Below, one piece after another: positions 48,503-58,903 of a DNA stretch of 64,000 nt (the stretch's first letter is position 1; each line of letters starts with the position of its first letter). The stretch lies in NCBI GenBank assembly GCA_045803545.1, contig JBJMOW010000004.1:1139819-1203818 (forward strand). The letters are read 5' to 3'. Under the pieces are notes generated by a model. That model made no database searches. It was not told the DNA's origin and worked only from the letters and a program-made list of their open reading frames with translations. This DNA comes from Gemmatimonadaceae bacterium. Its GTDB lineage: Bacteria > Gemmatimonadota > Gemmatimonadetes > Gemmatimonadales > Gemmatimonadaceae. The translations under genes and the position numbers were made by a program.

Positions 48503-49791
48503 GCGTGGATTATCACCAGCTTCTTCGCGACTCGCTGACGCGGCTGCCGACCGTGCCTGCCACGGTCGACAGCATCCGCAAAGCCGTCCAGGAGAGAGGC
48601 GAGCTCGTCATCCTGTATTTCAACTTCGATCGTTACTCAAAGGTCGAGGAAGTCTACGGCTGGGAAAAACTCGACAGCGTACTCGAAACGACGGGCGATG
48701 CGATGCGGGAGGCCTTGGCGAAGAGTGCGCTCTCGTCCGGCAAGCTGATGGTTTCATTCCCGAATGACGACGATTTCGTCGTCTTTCACGTTCCGCGCGA
48801 TGACACGCCGGCGGCGAGCGATGCAGAGATCACCGAGCTGACCGCGAACCTCAAGGAGACGGTGTCATCTGAGATCGAGCGGGCGCACGGCGAGGATATC
48901 GCATCGCTGTTCGACATCTTCGTTGGACGCGCATTGGTCGTCTACAATCCAAAGTTGCGTCTCGAGCGACAGATTTATCGCGGCATTCGCGAGGCTGCCA
49001 ACGCCTCGAAGAGCCTCGAGCACCGCGAGCAGGCGAAAAAAGTTTCTGACCTGCGTGAGACGCTGCGTGACCGCGGTCTTTACATAGAGTACCACCCGAT
49101 CGTCGTCACCGATTCGCAGAAAGTGTTCGGGTATGAGGCGCTGGCGCGTGGCAAAATGCGCAGCATGCGCAGTCCTGAAGTCATGTTCGAGATCGCAGCG
49201 CAGTCCGATCTGATCTGGGATCTCAGCAGACTTTGTCGCGAGCGCGCGATCGAAGGGATGGGCAAGCTGCTCCAGGATGGCGAGCTGCTGTTCATGAATG
49301 TGGATCCCGCGGATTTCGCGGATCCTTCCTTCGACGTCAACACCCTCAACGTCAAGGATCCGACCCGCGTCGTGATCGAGATCACCGAGCGCACCGCGAT
49401 CAAGGACTACCCGAAATTCCGCGGACGCCTGAAGGAATTCCGCGACAAGGGCTACCGCTTCGCCGTCGACGACGCGGGCAGCGGCTACGCCGGACTCGGT
49501 TCGATCGCCAACCTGGAGCCCGATTTCATCAAGCTCGATATGTCACTCATCAACTGCATCGATCAGAACTTCATCAAACAGAATCTGGTCGAAACGATGG
49601 TGAGATTCGCCAACGAGCACGGCGCGATGGTGATCGCCGAAGGCGTCGAACGAAAGGAAGAGTACGACATGGTGAAATCACTCGGCGTGCATCTGGTGCA
49701 GGGATTCTTCGTGCACAAGCCGAGTGCGACCGGCGTGACGTGGCGACCGCCGATGCATCCGGCTCCAGCTGTTACCGAAGGAGTAAAGTAG
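48499..49791 (+). CDS. EAL-domain c-di-GMP phosphodiesterase with degenerate GGDEF-like N-domain
   Basis: YEALAR, FMNV, IEITE, AVDDAGSG, FIKLD, AEGVE and QGF are present; PNDDDF sits where GGDEF is expected. Confidence 0.88.
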   Translation: MSVDYHQLLRDSLTRLPTVPATVDSIRKAVQERGELVILYFNFDRYSKVEEVYGWEKLDSVLETTGDAMREALAKSALSSGKLMVSFPNDDDFVVFHVPRDDTPAASDAEITELTANLKETVSSEIERAHGEDIASLFDIFVGRALVVYNPKLRLERQIYRGIREAANASKSLEHREQAKKVSDLRETLRDRGLYIEYHPIVVTDSQKVFGYEALARGKMRSMRSPEVMFEIAAQSDLIWDLSRLCRERAIEGMGKLLQDGELLFMNVDPADFADPSFDVNTLNVKDPTRVVIEITERTAIKDYPKFRGRLKEFRDKGYRFAVDDAGSGYAGLGSIANLEPDFIKLDMSLINCIDQNFIKQNLVETMVRFANEHGAMVIAEGVERKEEYDMVKSLGVHLVQGFFVHKPSATGVTWRPPMHPAPAVTEGVK

Positions 49792-51052
49792 CAACCAGTT
49801 GGTAGGACCGTTCAGCCGCGCCGATTCCTTCCTGTACCATTCCTTTGGCGGCCGCTCCTGCCGCGTCTCGTGCCGTGAGCGAGCCGAGCAAGTCGGCGAG
49901 CCGAATTGAAAGATCGGCGTCGCCCTTGATAGCGGCACCTCCGCCGGCGGCGATCAGTCGTGCGGCATCGCGACTCTTGTCGTGGCGGGGGCCGAACAGA
50001 ACCGGCGCGCCAAAGGCAGCGGGCTCGAGCACCGAGTGAAGACCGGCGGCGTGAAACGCGCCTCCGACAAACGCCACATCCGCGAGCGCATATAGGTCGC
50101 CGAGAATTCCGACACGATCGACGAGAAGGACGTCGGCCGCGGGCGCATCGGCCGAATCAATGCGCGCGAGCCGAAGATTGTGTTTGCCAGCCCAGCTCAC
50201 GATCGAGCGAAGATGTCCGCCGTCGATCTCGTGGGGTGCGATGATCAGCCGCGCGTCGGGAATTTTCTCGCGAATGCGAAGCCATGCGGGAAGGAGATGC
50301 TCCTCATCCGATGGCCACGTCGAGCCCGCGACAAGTGTTGGTCGAGAAGAGCGAAGTGATTGGACGAGCGCCGGCGCCGGCTTTTGTGCTCGGGCCCAAA
50401 CCTGATCGTACCGTGTGTCACCGGTAACCGTGACGCGATCGCGTTGCACGCCCTGCTGGCGCAACCGCTCGGCGTCGGCTTCATCGATCGCTCCGACGCG
50501 AGCTATCGCGCCATATGCGTCAGCCAATAGTGCGCGAGCCAATGGGCCACGTCGACCGGATGACTCGGGAAGAGTTGCGCTGATGACACCAACCTTCACG
50601 CCGCGTGCAGCAGCCGATTCAGTGAGCGCGGGCCAGATGTCGAGCTTGCTGAAGACGAGCGCGCTCGGCAGCAACGCGGCAACGATCTCCTCGCTATGAT
50701 CGAAGCGATCGAACGGCAGATAATCGGTGAAGTCAGCTTTTATCGACTGGGCGAATCGTTCGGCGCTCGGCGAGTAGAACGTGTAGGCGATCTGAACGTC
50801 GCGGCGGCGCTGGCGGACGAGGTCGATGACGGGGAGCGCCTGCAGACCTTCTCCGACCGAAGGCGCGTGGAACCAGACGAGTGGGCGCTGGGAATCACGA
50901 CTTTGCGATCCCCATGTGCGGTAGCGATCGACGAGGCCGCGACGCGCGCTCAGTCCGCGTCGAAACTTCGAGTCGCCCGCTGGAACGACAACGGTGAACG
51001 CGTCGGCAACGCGTCCTGCGACAGCGTACGGAATTCGCAGCAGCGAATTCAC
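49772..51052 (-). CDS. waaA: 3-deoxy-D-manno-octulosonic acid (Kdo) transferase
   Basis: WFHAPSVGE, YLPFD, TGDTRYD, AGSTW, IIAPH, DRVGILGDLY and HSVLEPAAFG. Confidence 0.92.
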   Translation of the reverse strand: MNSLLRIPYAVAGRVADAFTVVVPAGDSKFRRGLSARRGLVDRYRTWGSQSRDSQRPLVWFHAPSVGEGLQALPVIDLVRQRRRDVQIAYTFYSPSAERFAQSIKADFTDYLPFDRFDHSEEIVAALLPSALVFSKLDIWPALTESAAARGVKVGVISATLPESSGRRGPLARALLADAYGAIARVGAIDEADAERLRQQGVQRDRVTVTGDTRYDQVWARAQKPAPALVQSLRSSRPTLVAGSTWPSDEEHLLPAWLRIREKIPDARLIIAPHEIDGGHLRSIVSWAGKHNLRLARIDSADAPAADVLLVDRVGILGDLYALADVAFVGGAFHAAGLHSVLEPAAFGAPVLFGPRHDKSRDAARLIAAGGGAAIKGDADLSIRLADLLGSLTARDAAGAAAKGMVQEGIGAAERSYQLVATLLLR

Positions 51053-51056
51053 TGTG

Positions 51057-51755
51057 TTATGGAGTTGTCTTCTTGCCTTTGACGAGCGCCGAATCGATGA
51101 CGTGCTGCATGTCGATCAAAGGTTGCGCCCCGGTGAGCAGCTTGTCGCCGATCATGAAGCTCGGTGTTGCCCCAATACCGGCCTGCGAAGCGCGGTCATG
51201 GTCAGCCTGGATGAGCGGTCTCATCTTTCCCGACTGCACGCAATCGCGCCAGCGTGGCAGGTCCACTCCCGTTGCGCGCGCGAGCGAGTCAAAAGTTGCC
51301 TTCGGATCCGCGCCCGACTCCCAGCGTCCCTGCGAGGCAAAAAGTGAATCGTGCATCTGCCAGAACTTGTTCTGGACGCCAGCGCACATCGCGGCCTCGG
51401 CCGCCGGGAAGGCGTGCGCATGGATGCCGAGTGGGAAGTTGACGTAAGCCAGGCGCACTTTACCGGTCTTCACGTACTGATCGATAAACGCTTTGTACGT
51501 CTGGTCGTGCCACTGCTTGCAGTACGGACACTGAAAGTCGCTGACTTCGATCACCCACAGCGGTGCTGTTGGGCTGCCCTGAATCCGGGCGAGGTCGGCG
51601 CGCGTAATATTGGAGTCGGGCGGAGCTTTCGTGACACGCGCGGTATCGGTACGAGTTGTCGTGGTTTCGCTGCTCTTGTTTCCAGTTTGTGCGCACGCGA
51701 GCGACAGCGCGAGCGCGAAAGCGGCGACGGGCCGGTTGACTTGGAATGCGGTCAT
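51057..51755 (-). CDS. DsbA-family thioredoxin-fold lipoprotein
   Basis: SLAC lipobox, SDFQCPYC, NFPL, GIGATPSF and GAQP. Confidence 0.92.
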   Translation of the reverse strand: MTAFQVNRPVAAFALALSLACAQTGNKSSETTTTRTDTARVTKAPPDSNITRADLARIQGSPTAPLWVIEVSDFQCPYCKQWHDQTYKAFIDQYVKTGKVRLAYVNFPLGIHAHAFPAAEAAMCAGVQNKFWQMHDSLFASQGRWESGADPKATFDSLARATGVDLPRWRDCVQSGKMRPLIQADHDRASQAGIGATPSFMIGDKLLTGAQPLIDMQHVIDSALVKGKKTTP

Positions 51756-51848
51756 CCGCTAAATCACGTCCTGCTTCGGAATGAAATCAAGGGAGAGTAG
51801 ATACTTACTTCGGCTCTAATCGGTTTTTCCTCGACGGCGTTCAACGCC

Positions 51849-52688
51849 GTGCTGCGAGCGGCCTGGCTCTTACTTCTTCAAACTGGAATCCAAATTCCCG
51901 CCCCAACGGGGCTGGTGAATGATTTCGCACACGTCCTGACGCCAGACGCGATCGCCCACATGGAGCAGATCGCGCAGGACGTCCGCTCCAAGTCGCCCGG
52001 TGAGATCGCGGTTGTAACTCTGTCGGACATTGGTACTCGCGATCCGCAGGAAATCAGTTTGCAGATCGGTCGCCAATGGAAAGTGGGCAAGGCGGGACAA
52101 CCTGGTGATCCGAACCGCAATGCGGGCGTCGTCATTCTCCTCGTTCCGAAGGAGACGAGCAAGGACGGCCGAGGCCATTGCTTCGTGTCGACGGGAAGCG
52201 GGGCTGAAGGAATCCTCAACGATGCGAAAGTCGCCGACATGTGTCGGGAGGCGACACCGCAGTTTCGCGCCGGCGATTATAGCGGCGGGCTAGAAATCGT
52301 CACCGAGCGCGTCGCGGAAGAATTTGGCAAAGCATACAATTTCAGTCCGGATACGACTCTGGTGCCGCCAGCTGCCGCGGCGCAGCCAGCGATCCAATCT
52401 CCGAGCAGTGGTGGCGGAGGAATTTCGCCGGCAACGCTGTTCATCATCTTCATCGTCATCGTCGTCATCCTGAGCAACCTGCGGCGACGCGGCCGAGGCG
52501 GGTGTGGGTGCGGACCTGGCTGCATGCCATTTCCGATCATCATTCCCACTGGTGGCTTCGGTCGTGGCGGTTGGGGTGGCGGCGGCGGAGGATGGGGCGG
52601 TGGCGGGTTTGGCGGCGGGGGAGGAGGATTCGGCGGCTTCGGTGGTGGCGGCGGTTTCTCCGGAGGCGGTGGTGGATCGAGCTGGTAG
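51849..52688 (+). CDS. TPM domain membrane protein with Gly-rich tail
   Basis: VNDFAHVL, EIAVVT, WKVG, GAEGILND, one TM and FGGFGGGGGFSGGGGGSSW. Confidence 0.92.
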   Translation: MLRAAWLLLLQTGIQIPAPTGLVNDFAHVLTPDAIAHMEQIAQDVRSKSPGEIAVVTLSDIGTRDPQEISLQIGRQWKVGKAGQPGDPNRNAGVVILLVPKETSKDGRGHCFVSTGSGAEGILNDAKVADMCREATPQFRAGDYSGGLEIVTERVAEEFGKAYNFSPDTTLVPPAAAAQPAIQSPSSGGGGISPATLFIIFIVIVVILSNLRRRGRGGCGCGPGCMPFPIIIPTGGFGRGGWGGGGGGWGGGGFGGGGGGFGGFGGGGGFSGGGGGSSW

Positions 52689-52747
52689 AGGGAGGCTGGA
52701 AGCGGGAAGCGAGAAGCGGGAAGCGGCAGCATACGGGGACTTGAAAC

Positions 52748-53452
52748 ATGAAACTTGACGAACTGGTTAGACAACTGAAGCTCGCGTATGGGGACGGACT
52801 GCGCTCTGTGGTGCTCTTTGGGTCGGCGGTTGCCGGCGAGCACAAACCCGGCAAATCCGACTACAACGTGCTGGTAATTGTCGACTCGTTGCCACTCGAC
52901 CGTTTGCGTGCGGTTGCAGCCGTATCGAAGGCGTGGGCCGAGGATGGCAATCCGCCGCCGATGACGTTCACCACTCGTGAATGGAAGTCGTCGTCGGACA
53001 TTTTCCCAATGGAGTACGCCGACATTCTGGAGCGGCATCGAGTGTTGTTTGGCGAAACTCCGTTCGAGGGAATCAAGGTGTCGCCGGCCGATCTGCGTCT
53101 CCAGGTCGAGCACCAGACGATGGGCAAGCTGTTGCGTCTGCGTCAGGCGACCATGGGCGCCGGCAATGATGCCAAGCGCCAGCTCGAGGTGCTCGAGCAG
53201 AGTCTGAGCACCTTGATGGTGGTATTCCGCGGTGTTTCGCGGCTGCAGGGGCAGGTCCCGTCACAGGACTACGAAGAGCTCACTCGCGCGCTGGCGCAGA
53301 GTGCTGGATTCTCACCGGAGCCGTTCGTGAGAGTGATCAGGCATGTGCGCGGAACGGAAAAAATCGCGCGTGACGAGGCCGCCACGATTCTCGAAGGTTA
53401 TCTGGCGGCAATGGAGCGGCTCGTTACGTATTTGAACGAGTTCAAAGGGTAG
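52748..53452 (+). CDS. nucleotidyltransferase (Pol beta superfamily) domain protein
   Basis: LRSVVLFGSAVAGE...SDYNVLVIV, SSDIFPMEY and a helical C-domain. Confidence 0.8.
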   Translation: MKLDELVRQLKLAYGDGLRSVVLFGSAVAGEHKPGKSDYNVLVIVDSLPLDRLRAVAAVSKAWAEDGNPPPMTFTTREWKSSSDIFPMEYADILERHRVLFGETPFEGIKVSPADLRLQVEHQTMGKLLRLRQATMGAGNDAKRQLEVLEQSLSTLMVVFRGVSRLQGQVPSQDYEELTRALAQSAGFSPEPFVRVIRHVRGTEKIARDEAATILEGYLAAMERLVTYLNEFKG

Positions 53453-53502
53453 ATTAGGCGCGTGTTGCGCAGTGGTTCCAACTTCACTTAGAGGGTAAGG
53501 AA

Positions 53503-54114
53503 ATGATTCGTCGTTTCGTGTTTGGTCTCGCACCCGCCGTGCTTCTCTTGTCGGGGTGCGGGTACAATCAGATTCAGACGTACGATGAAAATGCGAATCA
53601 GGCGAAGCAGCAGATCTCCGTGCAGCTACAGCGCAGGGCGGATCTGGTGCCCAATCTCGTGAACACCGTGAAGGGTTACGCCCAGCACGAAGAGGCGGTC
53701 TTCACGCAAGTCGCGCAGGCGCGCGCTGGACTGGCTGGCGCGATTCAAGGTGGTGATCCACAGCAAATGGCGACTGCCAACGCTGCTCTGACCGGCGCGC
53801 TGGGTCGACTGATCGCGGTGGCCGAGGCGTACCCGCAGCTCAAAGCGGATCAGGGCTTCCTCCGACTTCAGGACGAACTGGCTGGTACAGAGAACCGCAT
53901 CGCGACATCGCGCAGCGATTACAATCAAGCCGTTCAGAACTACAACACTTATATCCGGCGCTTCCCGCAGGCGATCACAGCGAAGGTGATCGGGGCGAAG
54001 ACCCGGACGTACTATGAGGCCGCTCCAGGGTCTGAGGCGGCTCCGACGGTCGATTTTGGCAACCGGACGACTCCGGCGGCAACCTCGACCCAAGCCGCGC
54101 CTAAGGCGCCGTAA
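53503..54114 (+). CDS. lemA: LemA family lipoprotein
   Basis: LSGCGYN, QRRADLVPNLVNTVKGYA, EAYPQLKA, LAGTENRI and YNTYIRRFP. Confidence 0.96.
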   Translation: MIRRFVFGLAPAVLLLSGCGYNQIQTYDENANQAKQQISVQLQRRADLVPNLVNTVKGYAQHEEAVFTQVAQARAGLAGAIQGGDPQQMATANAALTGALGRLIAVAEAYPQLKADQGFLRLQDELAGTENRIATSRSDYNQAVQNYNTYIRRFPQAITAKVIGAKTRTYYEAAPGSEAAPTVDFGNRTTPAATSTQAAPKAP

Positions 54115-54129
54115 TCGGGGAAAGTGCTT

Positions 54130-54163
54130 GCCGGCGGCTGGCTGAGAGCAGCCAGCCGCCGGC
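54130..54163. repeat. perfect 15-bp GC-rich hairpin downstream of lemA
   Basis: gccggcggctggctg-agag-cagccagccgccggc; no U-tract. Confidence 0.7.
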
Positions 54164-54369
54164 CCAGCCACCAGCTGCTTGCCGCCAGCATGCTGTTCGC
54201 CGTTTGCAGACTGTTCCTGCCAGATGTAAAAAGGGTTGATGTCTTGACACCCTAGGGGCGGACCCCTAAATAGTTGCGACCCAGTACCACCCGTTCGCGG
54301 AGTCCCTACTACTCCGCCGAGCTCGTTGCGCCTGTGCGACGAGCTCCACCCGTTCAACTGGAGACAGGC

Positions 54370-57351
54370 ATGAAAACAGTACGCTCGTCCGTTCTAGCAA
54401 TGCTGTTGCTGGTATTTGCCAGCGTCAGCGCCTTCGCACAAACGCGCACCGTAACCGGTCGCGTTACTGTCGAGGGAAGCAGTGAGCCGCTTGTTGCGGC
54501 AAGTGTAAACGTCGTAGGTACGTCTGTCGGCACGTACACCGACGATCAGGGCAGATTCACGGTGACTGTACCCGCGGGTCCGGCCACACTACGCGTGCGT
54601 CGCATCGGTTATGTCCAAAAGACGATCGCCGTTCCTTCGGGCGACACCCAGGTCGACATCGGGCTCGCGCGCGATGTACTGCAACTCGAGACGCAGGTCA
54701 TCACCGGAACTGCGACGACCGTGTCGAGTGTCAACGCGGCGAATGCGGTAACCGTGGTCACCGGCGAGAAGCTCAATCGCACGCCGGCCCAAACGATTGA
54801 CTACGCGCTGCAAGGCAAGATCCCTGGTGCGGTCATCACCCAGAACTCGGGCGCTCCCGGCGGTGGTGTTCAGGTGCAGCTACGCGGAGTGTCGACGATT
54901 AACTCGAGCTTCCTGCCGCTGTACGTCATCGACGGCGTAATCGTCGACAACTCGCAGATCGCCAACGGCTTGAACGCGATCACCGAGGCTGGTGGTGGCA
55001 ACTTCCCGTCGACGCAGGATCAGCGGGTCAATCGTACTGCCGACATCAACCCAAATGACATTGAGAGCATTCAGGTGCTCAAAGGTCCGTCGGCAAGCTC
55101 GATCTACGGGTCGAGAGGCACGAATGGTGTGATCGTGATTACGACCAAGCAAGGAATCGCTGGAAGGACGCAGCTGGATCTCACGCAGCGCTTTGGAACC
55201 GCGAGAATCGCCAACAAGCTTGGCATGCGCTGCTTCGGATCGGGCCAGGAATACGCTGATTGGACCGGTGACACCTCGGCAGTCGCGATCGCCGGTGACA
55301 TCGCGCTTTACAACGCAGCGACCACGAAATGCCACGATTACGAGCAGGAGCTCTATGGCGAGCACCCGTTCAATTACCAGACGATCGGTTCGATGCGCGG
55401 CCAGACTACAGGCGGCACGAACTATTTCGTTTCAGGCCTCGTGCAGCACGATGGTGGACTCCAGCTCAATGACAACTACAACAAGCAGTCGTTGCGTGTG
55501 AACCTCGGTCAGAAGGTTGGCGGACGTCTGAATCTCCGCGCGAACACCGAGATCATTCACTCCCTGACTGAGCGTGGCGTCAGCGGAAACGACAATACCG
55601 GCATCAATCCCTACACGACGTTCTCGCAGACACCCTCGTTCATCGATCTGCAGAAACAGCCCGATGGCACGTACCCGCAGGGGCTCGCCGTCGTGAACTT
55701 CAACAATCCGTTCCAGAACACCGAGCTGATCAAGACGCCGGAAGACGTTTTCCGGCTGCTCGGCAGCGGTAACATCACGTACAACCTGATTGCACAGCAG
55801 CGGCAGACCCTCGATTTCAGCTTGAGCGGCGGCGTCGATGCGTACAACGACCACGCCAAGATCATCTCGCCAGCGACAGCGTACATCGAGCAGGTAAACG
55901 CGAATCCCGGAACGATCGTTCTCGGCAACGGCACGATTTTCAATGGAACGCTCGGTGCAAACTTCACGCACCGTCTGATCCGCGACATGTTCACCGCGAC
56001 AACCTCCGCCGGTATCGGTCAGGTCCGGCGCAACACGGACATCATCGACAATACCGGCCGCGGCATCTTCCCCGGTGTAACTAACGTTTCGTCGGCGACG
56101 CAGATCTTTACGACCGAGACGCAGGATATTGTGAAGTCTCAGTCCATTTTTGGTCAGGAGGAGTTTCTGACAATGGGCGAGCGCCTGTTCCTCACGGCGG
56201 GCGTAAATGGTGAACGGACCAGCAACAACGGCGATCCGAAGAAGTACTACGCCTATCCGAAGTTCTCGGCGTCGTATCGCGTTCCAGGTTTCTTCAAGAT
56301 CGACGAAGCAAAACTTCGTATCGCGTACGGACGCGCCGGCAACCAGCCGACGAGCGGCAAGTTTACGTTCCTCACCAACATCATTGATGAGGGTGTGACT
56401 GGCTACCGGGCGTCGACAGCACTCGGTGCTTCGGCTGTCAAACCTGAGACGGCCAGCGAACTGGAAGGCGGCTTCGACCTGACCCTGTTCAACGGCCGGG
56501 CAACCTTCACCGCTACCCAATTTAGAAAACAGATCGACAACCTCCTGCTTACGTCGTCACTGGCGCCGTCAACCGGCTTTGCGACACAAACCATCAACGG
56601 CGGCCAGATTGTTAACCACGGTACCGAGCTCTCGCTCGACATGACGCCGATTCGAACTGACAGATTCTCGTGGATCTCCGGCACCACCTACGCGAGCGCG
56701 AAGGGGAAGGTGACGCGCCTGCCAGTGCCGGGTTTCATTCCGGTCTCGGGATCATTCGGTAGCCGGTTTGGCAACGCTTTCGTAGCGCAAGGTCAGTTGA
56801 TAAGCGTCGTCCAGGCCGTCAACGGGTGCACCGCGCTCGTCAACAATGTTTGCCCTTCGGCGAACCGCGTGCTGACGTTCGTCGGAAACTCACTCCCCGA
56901 CTACACCATGGGCTTTACCAACGAGCTGCAGTTTGGCCCGGTGCGGCTTTCATCGCTTGTAGACTGGAGAAAGGGCGGCCTCGGCGTGAATCTGACCAAT
57001 GACTACTTCTACGGAAGCGGTCTCGCGAAGGACACCGCGCTTGCAAGCGCGCAGTTGAAACGTTTCTCACAGGGCGTCGACGTGTGGCTCGAGAACAACG
57101 GCTTCGTCAAACTGCGTGAGCTGACGCTCAGCTACGATCTGCCGCAGGCTTTCTCGCAGCAAATCTTCCACGGCCGCGCGCAGGCTGCGCGTTTCGAATT
57201 GAGCGGACGCAACCTCGCCACGTGGACCAAGTACACGGGTCTAGACCCCGAAGTGTCGAACTTCGGCAACCAGGCCCTCGGCAGATTCCAGGACGTGACA
57301 CCTTATCCGCCAATGAAGACGTTCTTCGTCTCAGTCGGCGCAACCTTCTAA
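54370..57351 (+). CDS. SusC/RagA family TonB-dependent transporter (2)
   Basis: TQVITG, LQGKIPG, PLYVIDG, DINPNDIESIQVLKGPSASSIYGSRGTNGVIVITTK, VKPETA, FVKLREL and C-terminal F. Confidence 0.96.
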   Translation: MKTVRSSVLAMLLLVFASVSAFAQTRTVTGRVTVEGSSEPLVAASVNVVGTSVGTYTDDQGRFTVTVPAGPATLRVRRIGYVQKTIAVPSGDTQVDIGLARDVLQLETQVITGTATTVSSVNAANAVTVVTGEKLNRTPAQTIDYALQGKIPGAVITQNSGAPGGGVQVQLRGVSTINSSFLPLYVIDGVIVDNSQIANGLNAITEAGGGNFPSTQDQRVNRTADINPNDIESIQVLKGPSASSIYGSRGTNGVIVITTKQGIAGRTQLDLTQRFGTARIANKLGMRCFGSGQEYADWTGDTSAVAIAGDIALYNAATTKCHDYEQELYGEHPFNYQTIGSMRGQTTGGTNYFVSGLVQHDGGLQLNDNYNKQSLRVNLGQKVGGRLNLRANTEIIHSLTERGVSGNDNTGINPYTTFSQTPSFIDLQKQPDGTYPQGLAVVNFNNPFQNTELIKTPEDVFRLLGSGNITYNLIAQQRQTLDFSLSGGVDAYNDHAKIISPATAYIEQVNANPGTIVLGNGTIFNGTLGANFTHRLIRDMFTATTSAGIGQVRRNTDIIDNTGRGIFPGVTNVSSATQIFTTETQDIVKSQSIFGQEEFLTMGERLFLTAGVNGERTSNNGDPKKYYAYPKFSASYRVPGFFKIDEAKLRIAYGRAGNQPTSGKFTFLTNIIDEGVTGYRASTALGASAVKPETASELEGGFDLTLFNGRATFTATQFRKQIDNLLLTSSLAPSTGFATQTINGGQIVNHGTELSLDMTPIRTDRFSWISGTTYASAKGKVTRLPVPGFIPVSGSFGSRFGNAFVAQGQLISVVQAVNGCTALVNNVCPSANRVLTFVGNSLPDYTMGFTNELQFGPVRLSSLVDWRKGGLGVNLTNDYFYGSGLAKDTALASAQLKRFSQGVDVWLENNGFVKLRELTLSYDLPQAFSQQIFHGRAQAARFELSGRNLATWTKYTGLDPEVSNFGNQALGRFQDVTPYPPMKTFFVSVGATF

Positions 57352-57364
57352 GCGAGCATAACAC

Positions 57365-58780
57365 ATGAAGCGATATAGAACTCTTCTCCTCGGCGCGGCC
57401 GCTGTGGTCGTGGCGGGATGCAAGGACAACCCCGTCGTGAATCCGATCGACGCGCCGACGGTGGACGCGTTGAGCGGCTCGCTCACCCCGACGACGTTGC
57501 AGCAGCTGGCGACCGGGGTACTGGGGCAGGACCGCAATTCTGCGAACGTGTTCGCATATGCAATCGAGGCCGGAATTTTTGCGCGCGATGTGTATAGAAT
57601 CGACGCGTCCGAGCCACGCTTTGTTCAGGAAACGCTTGGAGGGAATCCTGATCCGGGCAGCTTCGCGGGTGGTGGTGCGTGGGCTGGCTACTACACTGCG
57701 TTCCGAGCAGAAACGAATCTACTGAAAGCGCTCGGGAACGCATCGACCACGCTGTTCACGACCGCGCAAATCAACGCGACGCGCGGTTTTATCCAAACCG
57801 TCAAGGCACTCGACTACTGGCGTGTTATCGAGTACCGCGACACGGTCGGAATGGCAATCCAGTCGGACGACCCTGCGACGGTAACAGACATCAAGTGTAA
57901 GGAGACCATTCTCGCTTACATCGCGGCGGTTTTGGACAGCGCGAATGCCGATTTGACCGCGGCTGGTAACACCACAGTTTTGCCGTTTACCTTGCCGACT
58001 GGCTACACCGCGTTCGGCCGCGACTACTCAGTGGTTTCGAACATCATCAAGTTCAACCGCGCCCTGAAGGGCAAGGTCGACTTCTATCGCGGCCTGGATC
58101 GTAAGGCGTACACTGCGTCGCTATTCCCAACCGCGATTACCGAGTTGACGCAGGCGCTCGGCGGCGCCGCTCCGGGCGCCGTGCCGGCTGCAGATTTCCA
58201 AAAGGGGCCGTACTACGTTTTCGTCCCCGGCGGATCTGAGAACACGCCGAACACGATTTCCGATGCCAAGATTGGATTGAATCCGCTCGTTGGTGATAGC
58301 GTGCAGGCGGGCGATACGCGCGCGTCGAAGATCGTCCCGCGTGTGACTCTCTCCGGTTTTGGTTTGACCACGAGCATTACATATTCGGGCGCCGTGGCCA
58401 GCACCGCCAACCAGGCACGTCCGCTTGGTATCCTTCGCGATGAAGAGCTGGTCCTGCTGAGAGCGCAAGCTTACATCGAGGCCGGTCAGTTGGCCAACGC
58501 GCTTCTCGATATCAATAGCGTTCGTACCAATTACGGCCTTGCTCCGCTCGCGCCGTTCGCGGACAAGCAGAGCGCGATCAATGCCGTGCTCTACGAGAAG
58601 CGTTATTCACTGTTGTTTGAAGGACCCCAGCGTTTCGACGACCTGCGTGAGTATGGACGGTTGAACTCCACCTACCTCAGGAAGGAGACGACAACAGATC
58701 CATATAACGCGGCGCTGCCACTTCCGCGTGCCGAGCTCAACGCGCGAGGCGTGACCGTCAACCCAGCGTGTACACCGTGA
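57365..58780 (+). CDS. SusD/RagB family lipoprotein (2)
   Basis: VAGC lipobox, RDEELVLLRAQA, INSVR, EKRYSLLFEGPQRFDDLR and LPLPRAE. Confidence 0.93.
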   Translation: MKRYRTLLLGAAAVVVAGCKDNPVVNPIDAPTVDALSGSLTPTTLQQLATGVLGQDRNSANVFAYAIEAGIFARDVYRIDASEPRFVQETLGGNPDPGSFAGGGAWAGYYTAFRAETNLLKALGNASTTLFTTAQINATRGFIQTVKALDYWRVIEYRDTVGMAIQSDDPATVTDIKCKETILAYIAAVLDSANADLTAAGNTTVLPFTLPTGYTAFGRDYSVVSNIIKFNRALKGKVDFYRGLDRKAYTASLFPTAITELTQALGGAAPGAVPAADFQKGPYYVFVPGGSENTPNTISDAKIGLNPLVGDSVQAGDTRASKIVPRVTLSGFGLTTSITYSGAVASTANQARPLGILRDEELVLLRAQAYIEAGQLANALLDINSVRTNYGLAPLAPFADKQSAINAVLYEKRYSLLFEGPQRFDDLREYGRLNSTYLRKETTTDPYNAALPLPRAELNARGVTVNPACTP

Positions 58781-58807
58781 GTCTTGCGCACATGCGGTAG
58801 CAGTAGT

Positions 58808-58846
58808 AAGAACTGGCTCGGGCCTGTACCGAGCCAGTTTTCTTTT
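58808..58846 (+). terminator. intrinsic terminator
   Basis: aactggctcgg-gcctgta-ccgagccagtt-ttctttt. Confidence 0.85.
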
Positions 58847-58903
58847 GTGGGCTTGGATTATGCCTTTTTGCTCGTTCAGCCATCTCGAAGTTTTGGAGGA
58901 ACT

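Noticed and set aside
52550..52685. GGC/GGT-rich run as a DNA repeat or G-quadruplex element
   Set aside because: Explained by the standard Gly-rich tail of TPM proteins.
54244..54272. TTGACA promoter for susCD-2 with internal tagggg/ccccta palindrome
   Set aside because: The -35 is perfect but the hexamer at 17 bp (TAAATA) lacks the conserved final T; not confident enough to list.
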